NCBI GenBank assembly: GCA_964573365.1
Contig: CAZNJN010000001.1
Span: forward strand, 1-32,378
From: an uncultured Oscillospiraceae bacterium
Lineage (GTDB): Bacteria > Bacillota > Clostridia > Christensenellales > CAG-138
Reading direction: 5' to 3'
DNA length: 32,378 nt
Made by a program: the position numbers and the translations under genes. Positions 27,379 through 32,378 of this stretch are shown here, piece after piece (positions within the stretch are counted from its first letter, which is position 1; every line of letters starts with the position of its first letter). The notes beneath the pieces were generated by a model. It did not search any database and was not told the DNA's origin. It saw nothing but the letters and a program-made list of their open reading frames with translations.

Positions 27379-27499
27379 TTTCTTTCCTCTCCATGATAGC
27401 GCGGTCTTTGCCGCATACTCGCTCGACGAACGCTCTAAGCTTTTTCCCTTTGCCGCATCCGCTTTACCTGCGGGGCGCAAAGGCACATACGTCTTTCCT

Positions 27500-27529
27500 A
27501 TCATACAGGATTTACCATTCGTTCTGCAA
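27500..27529 (-). promoter_or_regulatory. Candidate promoter of the ATPase-ktrBA operon
   Basis: On the minus strand: TTGCAG (27529-27524), an 18-nt spacer, then TATGAT (27505-27500). This leaves a leader of about 115 nt. Confidence 0.35.
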
Positions 27530-27592
27530 TGGATTTACCCGTTAAAAATGTGATAAAACTTCAAACTCGCTTTCCACATTCTCCGTACATAT

Positions 27593-27630
27593 AAGAAGTA
27601 TCCGCGCATTTGCAGTCGCGGATACTTCTT
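27593..27630. terminator. 14-bp-stem hairpin between the GNAT gene and the ATPase promoter
   Basis: AAGAAGTATCCGCG (27593-27606) pairs with CGCGGATACTTCTT (27617-27630). The T-run (TTTGG) follows on the plus strand; on the minus strand it is followed by ATATGT. Confidence 0.5.
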
Positions 27631-27637
27631 TTTGGAG

Positions 27638-28084
27638 TTAAAAATCTCGTATCATCTGTTCATAATCGTAAACGCCGAAATTCATTTTTTCGTATAAGCG
27701 TTTCGCGCCCTCGTTGTTTCTTTCAATTTCAAGGCGAATGCGCTTGACCTGCGCCGGTTTATTTTCGATCAAGTCGCGCATATAGGCTTCTCCCAGGCCC
27801 CGTCCGCGGTATTCAGGCAAAATATAAAGCTCTTCAAGCCATATCACCTCGCCGCCCGCCTCTTGAGAATAGGAACGCGCCAGCAGTGCAAAGCCTGCCG
27901 CGCGATCGCCGCACTCAATGATCTGTGCCTGAAGGAGGCTGTTCTCCCGCATCAGTTCTTCAAAGCCGAGCTTGAGGTTTTTCTCCGGCACGGGATGGAG
28001 CACCGCCGGAGAATGGTAGAATTCTCCGGCAAGCTCATAGTAGAGCTGCTCATCCTGCTTTGTAAGCTTTCGTATACGCATCAT
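27638..28084 (-). CDS. GNAT-family N-acetyltransferase
   Basis: 148 aa with an acetyl-CoA-binding motif region L-P-E-Y-R-G-R-G-L-G and the typical C-terminal Y-E-K-M-N-F. Confidence 0.85.
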   Translation of the reverse strand: MMRIRKLTKQDEQLYYELAGEFYHSPAVLHPVPEKNLKLGFEELMRENSLLQAQIIECGDRAAGFALLARSYSQEAGGEVIWLEELYILPEYRGRGLGEAYMRDLIENKPAQVKRIRLEIERNNEGAKRLYEKMNFGVYDYEQMIRDF

Positions 28085-28087
28085 TCT

Positions 28088-29182
28088 TTATCCCTGAAAA
28101 TAGAACGCATAGAGCGGCGCTACGCTGTAGATGACGCCATCATAAACGCGCATTTGGTAGATCACGTTCTCATCCTGCACTTTTTCCGTATAGTTCTCCT
28201 TAAACCATTTGAACGCCTCATCAGAGTTTTTGAAGCCCTGATCCTCGCCGGCAATCACCATTCCGATCGTATTCCAGTCCACAGCGTCCTTGGAAAAAAG
28301 TGGAAGCGTTTCATCAGATTTCGTATCCGCGACGATCAGCGGCAGATAGGTTTCGCCGTCCTCTTCATCTAGCTGCCAATGGAACTGCACATGATGCAGC
28401 AAAAGCTTGATCTTGTCACCGTCCTCCTCTATGCTCTCTATCTGCGCAAGCACATTGCAGCTATCATAAGCATTCATTACGCACATGGGGAAAAGCGGCG
28501 AAGCAGTCTGTCCTTCCTCAAGCGTATAGGGCAGCAGGTCAAAGGTATAGGTGGAAAGCAGCGGCTTTTCTTCATCTGATTCGCTGACAAGCGCCACTGA
28601 TACGGTATAACCGTTTTCCCCAAGCGGCAACGCCTCCATGATTTCGCACTTGATATCGCCCTTGTCGGACTGTTCGATCGTATATGCGCCGCTCGCCTCA
28701 TCAAGCTTCACGTTTGTAAGCTCTTTGGGCAGCTCGGGAAGCTCCGCGTTAGACGCAAAGCACGCCGCCGCAAGCTGTCCCATGGTTTCCTTGGGGATTG
28801 TAACGCTCCCGTTTTCAATTTTTATCGACGGATCGTTCAAATCGTTGCTTGAACAAAGCATCGCAAGCACGTTCCATTTGAAGCTCGTGTTTTCCATATC
28901 GTAAAATCCGGCGCCGTTTTCATACATCACGCGTACCGCCGCATCGATAATCGGCAGCATTTTTTCTTTTATTTCATCCGCCGAAGTATTCGTCGTTAAG
29001 GCATCTTCCTCAATCACCACGGGCTCCTGCGTTTCTGCGGGCACAGCGCTTTGCTCCTGCTGCGGCGCAGCAGGCATAGAGGCCGCTTCTTTTCTTTTCG
29101 CTTGATTGCTAAAAAACATCAGCACGGCAGCTAAAATGACGATTGCTACGACTAAAATTGCTATCACGGTTTTTTTCTTCAT
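28088..29182 (-). CDS. Hypothetical membrane-anchored, strongly acidic protein (no family recognised)
   Basis: A single N-terminal hydrophobic helix (VIAILVVAIVILAAVLMFF), a P/Q/E-rich linker, then about 290 aa with no motif I recognise. ATGA overlap with the upstream CN-hydrolase, and 3 nt from the GNAT start. Confidence 0.7.
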   Translation of the reverse strand: MKKKTVIAILVVAIVILAAVLMFFSNQAKRKEAASMPAAPQQEQSAVPAETQEPVVIEEDALTTNTSADEIKEKMLPIIDAAVRVMYENGAGFYDMENTSFKWNVLAMLCSSNDLNDPSIKIENGSVTIPKETMGQLAAACFASNAELPELPKELTNVKLDEASGAYTIEQSDKGDIKCEIMEALPLGENGYTVSVALVSESDEEKPLLSTYTFDLLPYTLEEGQTASPLFPMCVMNAYDSCNVLAQIESIEEDGDKIKLLLHHVQFHWQLDEEDGETYLPLIVADTKSDETLPLFSKDAVDWNTIGMVIAGEDQGFKNSDEAFKWFKENYTEKVQDENVIYQMRVYDGVIYSVAPLYAFYFQG

Positions 29183-30024
29183 TGCTTGACTCCTTCATCT
29201 TGTTGTTTACGGTGTTCCGTTACCATATATACGTCCGTTCGCCTCGCGCTAAGCAGCGGAAGCTGCTCTCTTATATTTTCATTATCTGAAAGCTCAATTT
29301 GCGCATATAATATCGTTTCTTCGCCGCCTGCGCGCGCAAGCACAGTCCCCCACGGAGATGTAACTATGGAATTACCATAGGCGACATATACGCCGTTTTC
29401 ATCCTTGGCCGGTGAACAGCCCGCCATAAAAAGCTGATTGTCCACGGCTCTTTGGCGAAATGCAAGCTCCCAGTGCGCGGGGCCCGTCGTCATGTTAAAC
29501 GCCGCCGGAACGAAGATCGCCTGCGCGCCTTTAAGCATCATGCAGCGAAAAAGCTCAGGAAAACGGATATCAAAGCATATCCCTACGCCAAATTTTCCAT
29601 ACCCGCATTCAAACACTGTGACATCGTCCCCTGCGGTAAAGGTATCCGATTCCTTAAAGTATTGCCCGCCTTTGACATTGATATCAAACAGATGCATTTT
29701 TCTATGTCTTGCTATCTGCTCCCCGCGTTCATTAAATACAAAGCAGGTGTTGTAAATTCTGTTCCCCTCTTTTTCGGGGAAAGAGCCTCCGATCAACAGC
29801 ACATGGTTTTCGGCGGCGGCGCTTTGCAGCATCGTATAGATCGTTTCATCTTTTTTCTCCGCAAAGCCGGTAAAATAATCGTTGCTGTACGGGCAGCAAA
29901 ACATTTCGGGAAGCATGACAAGCTGCGCGCCCGCACGCGCGGCTTCTGTGATCTTTTCCTTTGCCCGCCGTAGATTTTCAAGCTTATTTTCCTTGACGCT
30001 CATTTGGATCAAGGCGAGCTTCAT
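29179..30024 (-). CDS. Carbon-nitrogen hydrolase (nitrilase superfamily, omega-amidase/Nit2-like)
   Basis: The E-K-C triad contexts are present: LVMLPEMF, HRKMHLF, GVGICFDIRFPE. 281 aa, with an ATGA overlap with the proC stop. Confidence 0.87.
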   Translation of the reverse strand: MKLALIQMSVKENKLENLRRAKEKITEAARAGAQLVMLPEMFCCPYSNDYFTGFAEKKDETIYTMLQSAAAENHVLLIGGSFPEKEGNRIYNTCFVFNERGEQIARHRKMHLFDINVKGGQYFKESDTFTAGDDVTVFECGYGKFGVGICFDIRFPELFRCMMLKGAQAIFVPAAFNMTTGPAHWELAFRQRAVDNQLFMAGCSPAKDENGVYVAYGNSIVTSPWGTVLARAGGEETILYAQIELSDNENIREQLPLLSARRTDVYMVTEHRKQQDEGVKQ

Positions 30025-30809
30025 AAGCGGCTCTCCTTTTCGATCACGGCATCTACGGCCTCCTCCACAATGCCTTCAAAGGCTCCGCCGTGCAGCACGC
30101 ATACGCCCTCGATCGTCGTTCCGCCCGGCGAGCAGACTTGATCTGCCAATTCGCAGGGATGCGTTTCGCTTTCCAAAACCATCTTTGCGCTGCCAAGCAC
30201 AGCTCCCGCCGCCGCCGCAAGCGCGTTTTTGCGCGAAAGTCCAGCGCGCACGCCCGCTTTGGCTAAGGCGTCGATATATATATAGGAAAAAGCCGGCGAA
30301 GCTCCCGCAATCGCCGCAAAAGCCGAAAACTGCTTTTCCGAAAGATCGAGCACAGTTCCAACCGTTTCAAAAAGCGCGCGCACCGCCTGTATATCCTCTT
30401 GCGAAGCATAACGGTTCGCACAGATACCGCTCGTAGACGCGAATACCTTCGCGTTGATGTTGGGCATCACGCGTATAATCGGCAAATCGCCAAGCTGCGC
30501 TTCAAAGTATTGCAGCGTTTTTCCTGCGGCGATCGATACGATCTTTTTGCCGTCACAGTGCTCTTTGATCTGCGGCAGTAGCTCGGGAAGCACCTGCGGC
30601 TTTACCGCCAAAATGACGACCTCGCTTTGCGTGAGTAGATCAAGGAGCGTATCACAGATCCGCATATTGCACTTTTCATGCAAAGCCTGTGCTTTTTCTA
30701 TATGATGGTTATAGCCGTAAATATCTTCCGCCGCAAATTTGCCGCTTGCGATTGCGCCCTGAATAATCGCGGAGGCCATATTTCCCAAGCCGATAAAGCC
30801 GTAACGCAT
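30021..30809 (-). CDS. proC: Pyrroline-5-carboxylate reductase
   Basis: N-terminal FIGLGNMASAI Rossmann motif and C-terminal SPGGTTIEG motif. 262 aa, SD AAGGAG upstream. Confidence 0.92.
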   Translation of the reverse strand: MRYGFIGLGNMASAIIQGAIASGKFAAEDIYGYNHHIEKAQALHEKCNMRICDTLLDLLTQSEVVILAVKPQVLPELLPQIKEHCDGKKIVSIAAGKTLQYFEAQLGDLPIIRVMPNINAKVFASTSGICANRYASQEDIQAVRALFETVGTVLDLSEKQFSAFAAIAGASPAFSYIYIDALAKAGVRAGLSRKNALAAAAGAVLGSAKMVLESETHPCELADQVCSPGGTTIEGVCVLHGGAFEGIVEEAVDAVIEKESRL

Positions 30810-30840
30810 ACTGATCTCCTTTTATGCAAATGATGACTTC

Positions 30841-30869
30841 AGTATACTGATTTTTTCGTTTTGTTGCAA
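30841..30869 (-). promoter_or_regulatory. Candidate proC operon promoter
   Basis: On the minus strand: TTGCAA (30869-30864), a 17-nt spacer, then TATACT (30846-30841). Confidence 0.45.
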
Positions 30870-30892
30870 TAGTACGCGGAATGACTTATAAT
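30864..30892 (+). promoter_or_regulatory. Candidate queA promoter (near-consensus)
   Basis: TTGCAA (30864-30869), a 17-nt spacer, then TATAAT (30887-30892). The -10 ends 7 nt before the queA ATG. Confidence 0.55.
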
Positions 30893-30899
30893 TCTTCAC

Positions 30900-31922
30900 A
30901 TGAAAACAAGTGATTTTTACTATGATCTGCCCAAAGAGCTGATTGCGCAGTCACCTGCAAAAGTACGCAGCAGTTCACGCTTATTGGTATATGATAGAGC
31001 TTCCAAGTCCATTTCCGACCGCATTTTTTCGGATATTGGTTCCTATCTTCGCGACGGTGACATCCTGGTGCGAAATACCACGCGTGTCATACCCGCGCGC
31101 CTTTACGGTATGCGCGAGGACACCAGCGGAAAAATGGAATTTCTCCTTTTGAAGCGTCTGGACGACGAACATTGGGAATGTCTCGTCAAGCCCGGTAAGC
31201 GCGCGAAGGAGGGTCTTATTTTTAAGGTCAACGATGAGCTTTCCATTGAGATCGGAGAGCCTACCGATGCTGGCGGACGCGTGATCCGCTTGCTCTACGA
31301 CGGTATCTTTGAGGAGATCCTCGATCGCGCTGGCGAAATGCCCCTGCCGCCCTATATCACGGAGCGCAGCGCGCCCAAAGAGCGCTATCAGACCGTGTAT
31401 GCCCGGCAAAACGGCTCTGCCGCCGCGCCCACCGCCGGATTGCATTTTACAAACGAACTTCTTGACGAGCTGCAAAAAAGCGGAGTCAAGATCGCCGATG
31501 TGCTGCTGCATGTTGGTTTGGGTACTTTTCGCCCCGTTTCAAGCGAAAATGTGGAAGACCATCATATGCACTCCGAGTTTTATCAAGTCAGCGAAGAAAC
31601 GGCTGAGGCAATTAACAACGCGCGTCAAAGCGGCGGACGCGTCGTATGTGTCGGCACGACCTCCTGCCGCACGCTTGAAAGCGTAACGGATGATCAAGGC
31701 GTCGTACACGCTAAGTCGGGCTGGACGGATATTTTTATCACGCCCGGCTACCGTTTTAAGGCGGTGGATGCTCTGATCACTAACTTTCATCTTCCGGAAT
31801 CCACGCTCCTCATGCTTGTGAGCGCGCTTTGCTCGCGCGAGGAGATCCTCCATGTATACGAGCACGCCGTCAAAGAGCGCTATCGCTTCTTTTCCTTCGG
31901 CGACGCTATGCTGATTCTTTAA
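30900..31922 (+). CDS. queA: S-adenosylmethionine:tRNA ribosyltransferase-isomerase
   Basis: Full-length QueA N-terminus [19 protein letters not shown], plus PLPPYI, TAGLHFT and [11 protein letters not shown]. 340 aa. Confidence 0.95.
   Translation: MKTSDFYYDLPKELIAQSPAKVRSSSRLLVYDRASKSISDRIFSDIGSYLRDGDILVRNTTRVIPARLYGMREDTSGKMEFLLLKRLDDEHWECLVKPGKRAKEGLIFKVNDELSIEIGEPTDAGGRVIRLLYDGIFEEILDRAGEMPLPPYITERSAPKERYQTVYARQNGSAAAPTAGLHFTNELLDELQKSGVKIADVLLHVGLGTFRPVSSENVEDHHMHSEFYQVSEETAEAINNARQSGGRVVCVGTTSCRTLESVTDDQGVVHAKSGWTDIFITPGYRFKAVDALITNFHLPESTLLMLVSALCSREEILHVYEHAVKERYRFFSFGDAMLIL

Positions 31923-32378
<456 letters not shown>

Noticed and set aside
27406-27458. An 11-nt direct repeat (minus-strand ATGCGGCAAAG; plus-strand ctttgccgcat at 27406-27416 and 27448-27458) in the ATPase leader, considered as an operator pair or a metal riboswitch (M-box or yybP-ykoY).
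   Set aside because: By rough estimate, one 11-mer pair within 50 nt is not clearly beyond chance in 32 kb. I also could not find the conserved cores of the Mg2+ or Mn2+ riboswitches in the ~115-nt leader. It needs a covariance-model scan before any claim.
27379-27504. N-terminal extensions offered by the ORF track: ATPase 27379-27504, rnfD 3593-3703, rnfG 5475-5537, rseC 638-697, REC-GGDEF-EAL 10761-10775.
   Set aside because: Each internal ATG has a proper SD or a stop/start overlap with the upstream gene. The extensions either overlap the upstream CDS or promoter, or encode non-homologous basic or low-complexity sequence.

Overview
This window looks like an ordinary chromosomal segment. 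I saw no rRNA, tRNA, CRISPR array, transposase, integrase or phage genes. The gene content suggests an anaerobic Clostridia-class Firmicute; that is inferred from the rnf operon, the acetylase-branch DAP genes behind an L-box, and ktrAB.

Layout:
- Minus strand, 212-5474: a translationally coupled rnfG-C-D-E-A-B-rseC operon with a consensus promoter at 5522-5550.
- Minus strand, 5620-15483: a signalling block. It holds a frameshifted Hpt, a ~1370-aa membrane/multi-PAS hybrid histidine kinase, a REC-GGDEF*-EAL protein, and a truncated REC ORF followed by a PAS-GGDEF*-EAL-PAS-GGDEF* ORF. The last two ORFs are separated by a 116-bp near-perfect palindrome.
- Minus strand, 15649-16758: an M20 amidohydrolase, probably N-acetyl-DAP deacetylase. 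It is divergent from a lysine-riboswitch-controlled lysC-dapA-dapB-dapH operon on the plus strand (16857-20815).
- Minus strand, 20906-27378: Ca-type P-ATPase, ktrB, ktrA and a beta-lactamase-fold serine hydrolase.
- Minus strand, 27638-30809: proC, a CN-hydrolase, an unknown membrane-anchored protein and a GNAT, all tightly coupled.
- Plus strand, 30900-32378: queA and the 5' part of tgt.

I found no defence island or mobile novel system. The most unusual things are:
- The palindrome that splits a REC-PAS-GGDEF-EAL gene.
- The Hpt to hybrid kinase to REC-EAL phosphorelay, which has two apparent lesions.
- The non-canonical rnfG-first gene order.
- An apparently leaderless queA whose promoter shares a palindromic -35 hexamer with divergent proC.
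- An uncharacterised acidic membrane protein embedded in the proC operon.

The leading M in the ORF track is sometimes a TTG or GTG codon. I checked this at 8577, 10775, 15388 and 9082, and refined several starts by Shine-Dalgarno (SD) position and stop/start overlaps.
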